From: Candidatus Multivoradales bacterium
GTDB lineage: Bacteria > Acidobacteriota > Thermoanaerobaculia > Multivoradales > Multivoraceae
Assembly: GCA_965223325.1 (NCBI GenBank)
Contig: CBDCWI010000002.1
Coordinates: forward strand, 736,001 to 800,000
DNA: 64,000 nucleotides
Direction of reading: 5' to 3'
Numbering within the stretch: position 1 is the first letter of the stretch; each line of letters starts with the position of its first letter. A program made the translations under genes and the position numbers. The notes below the pieces were generated by a model. That model was not told the DNA's origin. It did not search any database and saw only the letters and a program-made list of their open reading frames with translations. This document shows, piece by piece, positions 1 to 9,531 of the stretch.

Positions 1-250
1 CCCTGCCAGGCGCGAGCTTCGAGATATCGCGGGTGAGGAATCGGTTGAGGGCAAAGCGCGCCTCGGGCCCGGTGACTTCGAGCTTGAACATCGGCGACAT
101 ATCGAACAGCGCCGCACTGGTTCGGATCGCCCAGTACTCCCGCAGATGACTCTGCAGATAGGAAGCGGCCGCCGAGTAGCCGGCCCAGTCATTCCAACGC
201 TGGGCAACCGAGAGACGGGAACTGCGACTGTGGAGAGCGGTTGGACGCAC
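1..250 (-). CDS. aminomethyltransferase (GcvT-like folate-binding family), N-terminal part; runs off the window
   Basis: Manual translation from GTG at 250: MRPTALHSR...WNDWAGY...REYWAIRTSAALFDMSPMFKLEVTGPEARFALNRFLTRDISKL, the typical GcvT-family N-terminus (EY.A.R..A.LFD.S). Follows the HIT gene in the same orientation. Confidence 0.8.
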   Translation of the reverse strand, partial: MRPTALHSRSSRLSVAQRWNDWAGYSAAASYLQSHLREYWAIRTSAALFDMSPMFKLEVTGPEARFALNRFLTRDISKLAPGR

Positions 251-252
251 GA

Positions 253-633
253 CTACCCTTTAGAGCGTGGCCGCTCGATCCCGATCATGCGGCCCAGCGG
301 TGACCCGGCGAACAGATGCAAGTGGAGGTGCGGCACTTCCTGGTAGGCGTTCGGGCCACAGTTCGACAGCACCCGATAGCCCCCGTCGACCACGCCGAGC
401 TGCCGCGCAACCTCGCCCGCGGCGCGCACCCAAGCGGCGATCTCCGCGTCACTCGCCCGGGCAGAAAAGTCCTCGAGCGAAACGTACGGACCCTTCGGAA
501 TGATCAGCACATGAACAGGCGCCTGGGGGTTGATGTCGCGAAAGGCGAGCACGTGCTCGTTCTCGAAGACCTTGTCGCACGGCAGCTCACCACGCAGGAT
601 GCGCGCGAAGATGTTGTTGTCGTCGTAGTTCAA
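253..633 (-). CDS. histidine triad (HIT) nucleotide-binding protein, HinT-like
   Basis: NIFARILRGELPC, FRDINPQAPVHVLIIPK and QEVPHLHLH HIT motif. Confidence 0.95.
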   Translation of the reverse strand: MNYDDNNIFARILRGELPCDKVFENEHVLAFRDINPQAPVHVLIIPKGPYVSLEDFSARASDAEIAAWVRAAGEVARQLGVVDGGYRVLSNCGPNAYQEVPHLHLHLFAGSPLGRMIGIERPRSKG

Positions 634-641
634 GGATTCGC

Positions 642-1748
642 CTACCGTCCGATCACGGTGAGTTCGCGCTCGAAGGTCGTCAAGCTCTCGTTGCCGGTTT
701 CGCCGATCCAGAGATCGTCCTCGATGCGTACGCCGCCAAACCCTTCGAGGTAGAGCCCGGGCTCGACCGTGATGACCGTACCGACGCCGAGGGGCTGATG
801 GTTACCCTCCATCACCGACGGTGGCTCGTGGATATCGACTCCGAGACCGTGACCGGTGCGGTGAGTCATGAACGAAGCGAAGCGAGCCTCGTGGAGGCCC
901 GCCTGCGCTCTAGTGTGGACCTCGTGTGCGGTCGCCGTCGCAGAGGCCGCGGCACATCCCGCGCGGTTGCCCGCCAGGACGGCCTCGTAGACCTCACGCT
1001 GGCGATCGGAGGGTTCGCCGCCAACGAAGAACGTGCGCGTGATGTCGCTGTGATAGCCGTGGTGGGAGGTGCCGAAGTCGATCAGCAGAAAGTCACCGGC
1101 CGCCAGCTCGTAGTCTCCTGGTTCCCCGTGCGGCAAGGCGCTCTTCGGCCCACCGAGCACGATCGGACCGAACGAGATGCCCTCGCCGCCGCCGAGCAGC
1201 AGGCAACTGGAGAGCTTGCCCGCAATCGCGCGCTCAGAAGCGCCAACCCGTACTTCAGCGATCGTTGCCCTGAGGGCCTCTTCGGAGATCGCAATGGCAC
1301 GGCGGAGCGCCGCGGCCTCTTGCTCGGACTTGGCCATGCGAAGCGGTGAAATGATCGGATCGGCCGACTCGAACTGAGCCCCGGTCAGATGACGTGCCAG
1401 GACCGAGTACTCCATGTAGCGCATCGCCAGCGGTTCGATGCCGACCCGCTCCACCGAGTCGAAGCGTGCACAAGCCTGGCGCACCGCGTCTTCGGGACCG
1501 TCTTTGTCGTCCCAGGTGAAGATCGCGTCGACCGCTGGAACGGCATCGGAGAAATTGCCCCGCTCGAGCAGCGGCAACACTGCGACTGGCGGGCCGGTCC
1601 CCGGGACCAGCAGTACGAACAGCCGCTCGTGAGAGGTGAATTCGTGGCCAGCCAGCCAGGTGAACGTCGGCGAGGGGAGGAGCGCCACCAGGTCCAGGCC
1701 GGCCGCCTGTATGCCGTCCTGCAGCGCCGTCAATCTGTCGTTAGCCAT
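642..1748 (-). CDS. Xaa-Pro peptidase (M24B family)
   Basis: Creatinase-like N-domain plus DFG..YHSDITRT, HRTGHGLG, EPGLY and VRIEDD metal-binding motifs. Confidence 0.95.
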   Translation of the reverse strand: MANDRLTALQDGIQAAGLDLVALLPSPTFTWLAGHEFTSHERLFVLLVPGTGPPVAVLPLLERGNFSDAVPAVDAIFTWDDKDGPEDAVRQACARFDSVERVGIEPLAMRYMEYSVLARHLTGAQFESADPIISPLRMAKSEQEAAALRRAIAISEEALRATIAEVRVGASERAIAGKLSSCLLLGGGEGISFGPIVLGGPKSALPHGEPGDYELAAGDFLLIDFGTSHHGYHSDITRTFFVGGEPSDRQREVYEAVLAGNRAGCAAASATATAHEVHTRAQAGLHEARFASFMTHRTGHGLGVDIHEPPSVMEGNHQPLGVGTVITVEPGLYLEGFGGVRIEDDLWIGETGNESLTTFERELTVIGR

Positions 1749-1899
1749 GCCCCTACCCTACCGCGGAGCTGGGGTTGATGAAGGCGGAGTTTCGACCCGT
1801 CCGACCTTCGGAAGACTTTCGGTCAGTGCTCCTCGGACGAGCGCTCGCCAGGCCTCTCGGCGAGCGACCTTGCGGTTCGTGACAGCATGCTTTCCCGCC

Positions 1900-2919
1900 A
1901 TGAGCTACTTCTCCTTGCGCTTCTCGTCCAACCCAACGGCAGCGACCCTGATGATCGCCCTCTGCCTCCCTGGGTGCCTCCCACGGGACTCCGCACCGAC
2001 CGAGACCGCCGACCTGATCGAGAACCGCGGCGAAGGCAAAGACAGCTGGTGGCAGGATCTGCCGCGCCCGGCCTGGCAGGCAGTCGAGGCGCTAGGCGAG
2101 CGTCAGGGTTGGTTCGAGGTCTACCGAGCAGCCCCTGGGGTGTTCGCGATTCATGAACCGGGTCAGTTCGAAGAGGTCACCTCCTACCTGATCACGGGTG
2201 ACGAACGAGCACTGCTCTTCGATACCGGTCTCGGGATCGCCGACATCGAAGCCGTCGTCCGTGAACTCACCGACCTGCCGATCGTGGTGGTCAATTCACA
2301 CACCCACTACGACCACGTCGGCGGCAATCACGCCTTCGACTTCGTCTATGGCGTAGACACCGAGTTCACCCGTCGCCACGCCGCCGGACGCTCGCACCAG
2401 GAAGTCGAGGAGGCGGTGGGTGAAGGCTGGATCTGGAAGGCGACCCCCGAGGGCTTCTCGCCCGCAGACTTCGTAGGCCGACCATTCGAGATCAGCGAGC
2501 AGCTGGTCGACGGTCAGCGCATCGATCTCGGCGGACGCCAGATCGAAGTGCTCTTGACACCAGGCCACGCACCCGACGCGCTCTGCCTACTCGACCTCGC
2601 GGCCGGCCTTTTGTTTACCGGCGACACCTACTACCCGGCGACACTCTACGCCCACCTCGACGGGTCGGATCTCCTCGAGTACCAGGCGAGTGCTCGTCGT
2701 CTGGCGACCCTCGTCCCCGAGCTCAACCTTGTCCTGCCAGCCCACAACGAACCTCTCGCCGCACCCGAGGTCCTGGAACGACTGGCACAGCTGCTCGACG
2801 CGGTCGTCCAGGGCGAGGTCCGCTGGTCGCCCAGCGACGGCAACCGTTTGTACCAGGGTTTCGACCTCGAGATCCTGGTCGCCGAAACTGCTCCTGGTAG
2901 AGATTCACTTCCCCAGTAG
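1900..2919 (+). CDS. MBL-fold metallo-hydrolase, probable lipoprotein
   Basis: SHTHYDHVGG, TPGHAPD, FTGDT and PAH motifs; LPGC lipobox-like sequence; start uncertain (1900 or 1951). Confidence 0.9.
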   Translation: MSYFSLRFSSNPTAATLMIALCLPGCLPRDSAPTETADLIENRGEGKDSWWQDLPRPAWQAVEALGERQGWFEVYRAAPGVFAIHEPGQFEEVTSYLITGDERALLFDTGLGIADIEAVVRELTDLPIVVVNSHTHYDHVGGNHAFDFVYGVDTEFTRRHAAGRSHQEVEEAVGEGWIWKATPEGFSPADFVGRPFEISEQLVDGQRIDLGGRQIEVLLTPGHAPDALCLLDLAAGLLFTGDTYYPATLYAHLDGSDLLEYQASARRLATLVPELNLVLPAHNEPLAAPEVLERLAQLLDAVVQGEVRWSPSDGNRLYQGFDLEILVAETAPGRDSLPQ

Positions 2920-4881
2920 CTGCGGCGGCCGCAGGAGCATGCACGCCCGCTCCACGGCCGCATGATCGCCGACCAGCACCAGGTCGTCTCCGACCTCCAG
3001 CTCCATGAGTGGGTCGGGGTTGGCGTGTGATTCCGTATCGCGAACCACCGCGATCACGGCCGCGCCCGATCGCCGACGCAGATCGAGGCCGCGCAGGGTC
3101 GCGCCGGCCGCCTGACTGCCATCGAGAACGCGTACGATCTCACTGGTCCCCTCGGTGAGGGCATCGAGCACTGCCTGATTGACGCCGGCACCCATCCGCG
3201 CAGCCCGCAACATGCTGTAGTCCTCACCGCGTAGCGCCCTGGTCTGTGCACGAATCACGTTGCGTGGCACATGATAGGCCTCGAGAGTCTCGTGCAACAC
3301 CTCGAGCGCGCTCTCGAAGTCCGACGCCACGATGCGATCGGCACCCAGGCGCTTCAGCGCTTCGACTTCGAGAACATCGTGCACGACTGCAAAGATCTTG
3401 AGGTTCGGGTTCAGGCCCCGGGCAAGCTTGACGATCCGCCGCTCGGCCCGCGGATCGGCCAGTGGCAAGATCAACACCCGGGCGTTCTCGACGCCCAGGG
3501 CCTCGAGGATCGCCACCCGGGTGGCGTCGCCGAACAGCACGTCGTAGTGGGCTTCGCGCGCCGCATCGAGCGCCCCCTTGTTCATCTCGACGATTTTGAA
3601 GTCGATGTGGGCCCGGTCGAGAACCTGCGCGATCGTTCTGCCAATCAACCCAAAGCCCACCAGGATCGTGTGGTTCTCGAGCTCGCCGCCGGAGCGCTCA
3701 TCGGAGCCGTCTCCGAGCGACAGCCGGCGGGCCAGCCCGGGTGCGATCTGAATGGCAAGCGGAGTCAACAGCAGCGATACCACTGCCGCGGCCAGCAGAA
3801 CGTTGACGACCTCCTCAGGCAGCAACTGAACCCGAAGACCAATGGCCAGCAGGAGGAAAGAGAACTCGCCGAGTTGCGCCAGGCCGAGAGCGGCCATCAG
3901 CGCGGGGCGCCTCGCAAAGCCGGTGAGGCGAATCGCCAGAAAGGTCGCCAGCGCCTTCGCCGCCATCATCAACAGTGCGACGGCCAGGATCGTGACTGCA
4001 TCGAGCACCGTTTCCGGGAGCACCACCAGCATGCCAATCGAGATGAAGAATAGGCTGGTGAAGACGTCGCGGAAGGGTCCTACGTCGGCCATCAATTGGT
4101 GGTGATAGGGCGACTCTGCGGCCGCTACGCCGCCGAGGAAAGCGCCCAGAGCAGGCGAAAGTCCGAGCACCCCCGTCAGGTAGGCCATGCCGAGCCCGAG
4201 GAAGAGGGCGCTCAAGAGGAAAGCCTCGCGCGCGCCGGCGCCGGCCAGTGCCGCCAACGTCGGAGGCAGGATGATGCGCGCCAGAACAAAGGCCGCGGTT
4301 GCTGCAACGACCGCCCCACCGAGCCGAAAACCGAGCTGGCTCAGCGTTTCACCGCCGGCGCCGGCGAGAAGCGGCGTCACCACGACCATAGGCACCAGGA
4401 GTAGGTCCTGGAACAGGAGGATTCCAAGCGACAGTTCGCCGTGCACGGTGCGCATCTCCCGGCGCTCGTTGTAGAGCTTGAGGACCACTGCGGTACTCGA
4501 GAGGATGACGAGAAAGGCGATGAAGAGGCCTTCTGAGTAGCTGAACCCGAGCATCAAAGTCGCTAAAAGGGTCAGCGCACCGACAAACAGCGCCTGCAGC
4601 GGTCCACCGACCGCAAACGCGCGACGCGCCCGCGCCAGCTTCTCGAGCGAAAGCTCGAGGCCAATCGTGAACAACAAGAGCACCACGCCGACCTCGGCGA
4701 ACAACTCGACCATCTCGCGCTCTTTGACCAGCGCGGTGCCGGCCGGACCGATCAGAAGGCCGCTCAGAATCAGGCCGACCACCGGCGGAATGCGTAGCCG
4801 CGAACAGGCCACCAGAACAGCGATCGCGGCTCCTAGAACGACCAGGATCTCGTAGAGAGCATGCGCCAGGTGTTCGTTCAT
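2905..4881 (-). CDS. CPA2 cation:proton antiporter (Kef-type) with TrkA-N and TrkA-C domains
   Basis: AEVGVVLLLFTIGLE, LSSTAVV, LLFQD, GxGxxG-like VGFGLIG, GDAT and a C-terminal RCK-C domain. Confidence 0.92.
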   Translation of the reverse strand: MNEHLAHALYEILVVLGAAIAVLVACSRLRIPPVVGLILSGLLIGPAGTALVKEREMVELFAEVGVVLLLFTIGLELSLEKLARARRAFAVGGPLQALFVGALTLLATLMLGFSYSEGLFIAFLVILSSTAVVLKLYNERREMRTVHGELSLGILLFQDLLLVPMVVVTPLLAGAGGETLSQLGFRLGGAVVAATAAFVLARIILPPTLAALAGAGAREAFLLSALFLGLGMAYLTGVLGLSPALGAFLGGVAAAESPYHHQLMADVGPFRDVFTSLFFISIGMLVVLPETVLDAVTILAVALLMMAAKALATFLAIRLTGFARRPALMAALGLAQLGEFSFLLLAIGLRVQLLPEEVVNVLLAAAVVSLLLTPLAIQIAPGLARRLSLGDGSDERSGGELENHTILVGFGLIGRTIAQVLDRAHIDFKIVEMNKGALDAAREAHYDVLFGDATRVAILEALGVENARVLILPLADPRAERRIVKLARGLNPNLKIFAVVHDVLEVEALKRLGADRIVASDFESALEVLHETLEAYHVPRNVIRAQTRALRGEDYSMLRAARMGAGVNQAVLDALTEGTSEIVRVLDGSQAAGATLRGLDLRRRSGAAVIAVVRDTESHANPDPLMELEVGDDLVLVGDHAAVERACMLLRPPQLLGK

Positions 4882-5489
4882 GCGCGGTCACCCGACCGCA
4901 CCGGCTGACGCGCAAACAGCGCCACCCCGGTATCCCAGTTCATCTCGATGCCGACGAAGTCGGAGCGTCTACTTAGGGCCTGGCGCAACCGCACAACGTT
5001 GTGCTCGTGACCCTCGGGCCAGTTCGGCTGGGGCAGGAGATCGTCAATGACGTAGAGACCACCTGGCGCCACCAGATCGAGCGCAGGATCGAGATGGCTG
5101 ATCTTGCCCGGCCAGGCATCGGCAAAGACGAGATCGAAACCACCCGGTGCGCGCGCGGCCAGAGCGCCTCCTTCGAGCAACTCCGCGCCGTCACCAACGA
5201 GAAACTCAACGCGTGGATCGTCGCCGACGACCTCGCGAGCGCTCGCCGACAGCCGCTGATCGATCTCTACGGTGACCAGAGACGACACCTCGCACATGCC
5301 AGCCAACAGGCACACCGCGGCCGAGCCCAGCCCGGTGCCGAGCTCGAGAAAACGACCCTCGGGTCGGGCGGCCGCGAGGACCATCAAGAGATCACCGGTG
5401 GCTGGACTCGAGACCATGTCGAAGTCACGCTCTTTCGCCCGCCTCGAGATCTCGTCCAGGCATCCTCTGCGGTCGCTCTCTCGAATCAA
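4878..5489 (-). CDS. O-methyltransferase (class I SAM-dependent)
   Basis: LELGTGLG, FDLVFADAWPGK and GGLYVIDD motifs. Confidence 0.88.
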   Translation of the reverse strand: MIRESDRRGCLDEISRRAKERDFDMVSSPATGDLLMVLAAARPEGRFLELGTGLGSAAVCLLAGMCEVSSLVTVEIDQRLSASAREVVGDDPRVEFLVGDGAELLEGGALAARAPGGFDLVFADAWPGKISHLDPALDLVAPGGLYVIDDLLPQPNWPEGHEHNVVRLRQALSRRSDFVGIEMNWDTGVALFARQPVRSGDRA

Positions 5490-6220
5490 GGCGAGGTTTT
5501 CTCTCGCAACTCAGCGTTGAGGCACCAGGAAAGCTCAGACAGCCGTTCGAAGTGCGCTGTCCAACCGTGCTCTTCGAGTGCTATCTGATCGAGCTCGACC
5601 TGCCAGAAGAACTCCTCGCAGACTTCATCAGCCAGTGCGGCTCTCCCGTCGCCTCGATAACCGGCCAGGATCTCCTTTTCGGCCAAGAGGTTCTCGAACA
5701 TCAGGTCGCCAACCAGGAAACGACCACCCGGGCGGACCAGTCTGGCCAGTGCGCCAAACAGGGCATCACGCTCGTCCGGCATCAGGTGATGAATCGCATA
5801 GGTACTGACAGCGGCGTCGAACCTGCGCTCTGGTGTTCTAGAGGCCGCGCGATCAACGCAGAACTCGAGGAGATCCTGCGAGCACCACTCAACCGTCACC
5901 GCACGCAACCCCGGGTGCTGCCCACTGCTCTCTAGCGCCTCGAGCTTGCGACGCGCGAGGTCGGTCATCGCGCGTGAAATATCCACCGCGACCACTCGCC
6001 CCTCCCCCGACATCCGGCGCGCCAGCTCGAGGGTCAGGTTGCCGGTCCCCGAGCCCAGTTCGAGGAGCTGACAGCCGTCGTGGGTCGGTGTTCGCGCGGC
6101 AACCCATTCGAGGACCAGGGGGTAGCCAGTGCGAATCGGATCGGCCGAGTTCAGGACGTCGACGTCGTAGCCGTCGGCATCTTCATCGTGATTGAAGCGA
6201 TCTACGTGCTGGGAGCGCAT
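5486..6220 (-). CDS. class I SAM-dependent methyltransferase
   Basis: LELGSGTG, VDIS, STYAIHHL and PGGRFLVGD; start chosen at MRSQH (6220). Confidence 0.88.
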   Translation of the reverse strand: MRSQHVDRFNHDEDADGYDVDVLNSADPIRTGYPLVLEWVAARTPTHDGCQLLELGSGTGNLTLELARRMSGEGRVVAVDISRAMTDLARRKLEALESSGQHPGLRAVTVEWCSQDLLEFCVDRAASRTPERRFDAAVSTYAIHHLMPDERDALFGALARLVRPGGRFLVGDLMFENLLAEKEILAGYRGDGRAALADEVCEEFFWQVELDQIALEEHGWTAHFERLSELSWCLNAELREKTSP

Positions 6221-6245
6221 GTTTTTTTGGTTGCCTTTCCTGGCG

Positions 6246-6641
6246 TCACAGCGCCAGGCGATGGCCGACCCACACGGCGGCCATACCGAGGGCGAGGTGT
6301 AGCCCGATGTAGAGCGCAACCCTGCCCCCGCTGCCGGCCCCGGACCCGGCCTCGAGCAGTCTGAGGGTGTCGAGTGCGAAAGTCGAATAGGTAGTGAAGC
6401 CTCCCAGGACGCCGGTCACCGCAAAGGCTCGCAAGCGAGCGTGCTCGAGCCCGGTGCCATCGAGGTGCCCCACCAGCATCCCGATCGCCAGGCAGCCCAG
6501 GAGGTTCACCGTCAAGGTTCCCCAGGGCAGGAGTGCACCACCCGCAAACCGCGTCACCGCAAGGCCCACCAGGTAGCGCAACGCTGCTCCTACCCCGCCG
6601 CCAAGGGCGACCAGAACCACCATCAGACCCTGCACGCTCAT
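6246..6641 (-). CDS. crcB: fluoride channel CrcB/FluC
   Basis: GGGVGAALRY, PWGTLTVN and GVLGGFTTYSTF signatures. Confidence 0.95.
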   Translation of the reverse strand: MSVQGLMVVLVALGGGVGAALRYLVGLAVTRFAGGALLPWGTLTVNLLGCLAIGMLVGHLDGTGLEHARLRAFAVTGVLGGFTTYSTFALDTLRLLEAGSGAGSGGRVALYIGLHLALGMAAVWVGHRLAL

Positions 6642-6730
6642 AGGCGGAGGATAACGCCCCTGGCTCTTCGCCGTGATGCCGCTCGACGCTTCCTCCTGAC
6701 CCCTGGGCCTGCGCTACTCTACGAACCATC

Positions 6731-7909
6731 ATGGACCTGACCATCTCGAAGAAGTACGAGCCTCTCCGTAGCGAGATTCGCGAGTTCCTCGACGCCCACC
6801 AGAAGCAGGCAGTCTCCGACAACGTCGGCGCTGGCGACGAGGAGGCCGCCCGGGGTTGGCAGAAGCTGTTGTTCGACCACGGCTACGTCGGCCGCACGAT
6901 CCCCGCCGACTATGGCGGCGCCGGCCTCGAACCGGACCTCTTAGAAGCGATCGTGATCGAGGAGGAGTTCCGAAAGGCACGCGTATCGCTCGGCTTGCAC
7001 AACCAGGGCATCGACATGTTCGTGCCGACGGTTCTCCATTTCGGAACCGAAGAGCAGAAACGCGCCTACATCGGACCCACCATTCGCGGCGAGATGATCT
7101 GGTGCCAGGGCTACAGCGAGCCCGGCTCGGGCAGCGACCTGGCCTCGCTGACCACCCGTGGCGAGCTCGACGGAGACGAGTACGTCATCAACGGTCAGAA
7201 GATCTGGACCAGCACAGCCGCTCAAGCCGACATGATGTTCGGTCTCTTTCGCACCGAGAAGGACGCCGGCAAACACGCTGGCATCTCCTACATGGTGCTG
7301 TCGATGGACACCCCGGGCATCGACGTCCGGCCGCTCAAGACGATGAACGGCGACAAGACCTTCAACGAAGTGTTCTTCACCAACGTCCGGGTTCCGCGCA
7401 AGAACGTCATCGGTAACCCGGGACAAGGCTGGGAGATCGGCACCTACACACTGCGCCATGAGCGTCACATGCTGGGTCGACCGCAGGGCTCGCGGCGCTA
7501 CCTCGAGAGCGCCGTCTCTGTACTCACCGATACCGGCAAGATCGACGACCCTCTCTTCCGCGAGCGGCTGATCCGGCTCGAGGCCAAAGTGATGGCGCTC
7601 GAGTTCCACGCCATGCGGCTGGTGACCGACGACCTCCAGAAGCGTGACTCGGGCGTCGCCGGCCTGGTGGTCAAGCTCTACGGCTGCCAACTCAACTACG
7701 ACCTCTGCGCGCTGGCCATCGACGCCCTGGGCGAGCGCGGTCTGCTCAAGCCAGGCTCGCGCAACGTGCGTGACCACGGCGCCTGGCAGCAGAACTACAT
7801 GTACGCCCTCGGCCTCATCATCGGCGGCGGCACCGCCCAGATTCAAAAGAACATCATCAGCGAAGTAGGGCTCGGCATGCCCCGCGAACCCAAGGTTCGC
7901 GCCTCCTGA
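6731..7909 (+). CDS. acyl-CoA dehydrogenase (WCQGYSEP type, large subunit of a heteromeric ACAD)
   Basis: WCQGYSEPGSGSDLASL, NGQKIWTS, FNEVFF and GGGTAQIQKNII. Confidence 0.93.
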   Translation: MDLTISKKYEPLRSEIREFLDAHQKQAVSDNVGAGDEEAARGWQKLLFDHGYVGRTIPADYGGAGLEPDLLEAIVIEEEFRKARVSLGLHNQGIDMFVPTVLHFGTEEQKRAYIGPTIRGEMIWCQGYSEPGSGSDLASLTTRGELDGDEYVINGQKIWTSTAAQADMMFGLFRTEKDAGKHAGISYMVLSMDTPGIDVRPLKTMNGDKTFNEVFFTNVRVPRKNVIGNPGQGWEIGTYTLRHERHMLGRPQGSRRYLESAVSVLTDTGKIDDPLFRERLIRLEAKVMALEFHAMRLVTDDLQKRDSGVAGLVVKLYGCQLNYDLCALAIDALGERGLLKPGSRNVRDHGAWQQNYMYALGLIIGGGTAQIQKNIISEVGLGMPREPKVRAS

Positions 7910-7928
7910 GGCTTCTGGAGCAACACCA

Positions 7929-8981
7929 ATGGAATTCGGCCTCTCACAGCCTCAGACCATGCTGCGCGATGCGATCGCGCAGTACGTGGCCCAGGAAGTA
8001 CCGGTCTCGCGGGTGCGCGAGATCGCCCACGGCCCCGGCTTCGACTCGCGGTTGCTGGCCAGCCTCGGCAGCCAGGGCGTGCTCGGGCTTCTGATTCCAG
8101 AAGAGTACGGTGGCTCGGGCCTCGGCCTCTTCGAAGCTTGCATCGCCGCCCAGGAGCTTGGACGAGGCGTGACCCCGGTAGCCTTCGACCGCCTGGCGGT
8201 CACCACTCCACTGCTCCTGGCAGCCGGTGGTTCAATCGGCCAGAGGAAGACCTGGCTCCCTCGAATCGCCGCGGGAGAAGCAACCGTCGTCCCCGTTCTC
8301 GACGGTGATGTCACCGTCGAGAACGGACATCTCTCGGGCCGCGCGCTCTTTGTCCCACACGGCGCCGATGCCAGTGCGTTTCTGGTGGCCGACAACGAAG
8401 GCGGTGTACACCTGGCCCCGGCAGGTGCTGCCGGTCTCACCTGCCACGCGCTCGACAACATCGACGACACGCGGCGACTGGCCGAACTCGGATTCGATGG
8501 AGTTGCCGCCGAAGCGCTGGCCGGCGACGCGGCGATCGATCGTGCTCTGCAGGCGGCGCGCATCGCACTCGCCGCCGACACCCTGGGCGCGAGCCAGCAG
8601 GCGCTCGAGATCGCGCGCGACTACGCCCTCGAGCGTCAGCAATTCGGCCGCATCGTCGGCTCCTACCAGGCCGTCAAGCACATGTGTGCCGAGGTGGCTG
8701 CCGATTGCGAGCCGGTACAGGCGCTGGTCTGGTACGCCGCCCATGCCTGGGACGAAGACCTCGACCTGACCATCTGGCTAGCCCCGCTGGCCAAGGCACA
8801 CGCCACCGAGGTCGCCACCGAGGCGGTGGCCAAGACCACCCAGGTCTTCGGCGGTATGGGTTTCACCTGGGAGTGCGATATGCACCTCTACTTCAAACGC
8901 GTCGGTCAGAACCGGCAGCTGCTCGGGAGCCCCAGCGATCTGTTCCGCGAGGCCGCAGCGCTTCGCTATCCGGCGGCCTAG
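7929..8981 (+). CDS. acyl-CoA dehydrogenase (small partner subunit)
   Basis: RQQFGRIVGSYQAVKH and QVFGGMGFTWE; degenerate N-terminal FAD motif; tandem with the preceding ACAD. Confidence 0.9.
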   Translation: MEFGLSQPQTMLRDAIAQYVAQEVPVSRVREIAHGPGFDSRLLASLGSQGVLGLLIPEEYGGSGLGLFEACIAAQELGRGVTPVAFDRLAVTTPLLLAAGGSIGQRKTWLPRIAAGEATVVPVLDGDVTVENGHLSGRALFVPHGADASAFLVADNEGGVHLAPAGAAGLTCHALDNIDDTRRLAELGFDGVAAEALAGDAAIDRALQAARIALAADTLGASQQALEIARDYALERQQFGRIVGSYQAVKHMCAEVAADCEPVQALVWYAAHAWDEDLDLTIWLAPLAKAHATEVATEAVAKTTQVFGGMGFTWECDMHLYFKRVGQNRQLLGSPSDLFREAAALRYPAA

Positions 8982-9505
8982 TCGAGGTCGACCAAGACGG
9001 GCGGATGGTCGATCGCCTCGAGGAACCGGACCAGATCGCCGCTGGTGATCGAGGTGGTCATCGTATTGGCCAGCGGATGAAAGTTGAGCGGCTCTTCTCC
9101 CAGGAGGGCGTGCTCGACGATCATCTCGACCAGGCGACCGTGATCGTTGATCAATGCCAACGGCGACACCGCCCCGGGACGCACGCCGAGCACCTCCATG
9201 AGTCGCTCCGGACTGGCGAACGAAAACCGCGACGCCGCAAGCGCGGCCGCCAGCGCTTTCAGGTTGACGGCCTGGCTGGCTCGGCACGAGTAGAGCACCA
9301 GGCGGCCCTTCTTCGTCGACAGGAGGAGGTTCTTGGTGTGGGCACCTGACAACTCACCCCACCGCTCGAGTGACTCGGCGACCGTCCAGATCGGCTCGTG
9401 CTCGACGGTGCCGACCACGATCCCCAGTTCATCGAAGAGACCGAAGAGCTCGTCGGGCCCGACCGGAAGCGAGCCATCCGCCAACCTGTACTCCACGTCC
9501 TTCAT
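8978..9505 (-). CDS. YbaK/PrdX-family aminoacyl-tRNA editing protein
   Basis: HTKNLLL, SFAS, LGVRPGAVSPLALIND and NFHPLAN. Confidence 0.9.
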   Translation of the reverse strand: MKDVEYRLADGSLPVGPDELFGLFDELGIVVGTVEHEPIWTVAESLERWGELSGAHTKNLLLSTKKGRLVLYSCRASQAVNLKALAAALAASRFSFASPERLMEVLGVRPGAVSPLALINDHGRLVEMIVEHALLGEEPLNFHPLANTMTTSITSGDLVRFLEAIDHPPVLVDLD

Positions 9506-9531
9506 CGACAGGAGGCGCGGCCGCTCGAACC

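Noticed and set aside
6642-6730. Fluoride riboswitch upstream of crcB
   Set aside because: The gap is short and divergent, and the GGCGAUGGxGUUCGCC consensus is not present.
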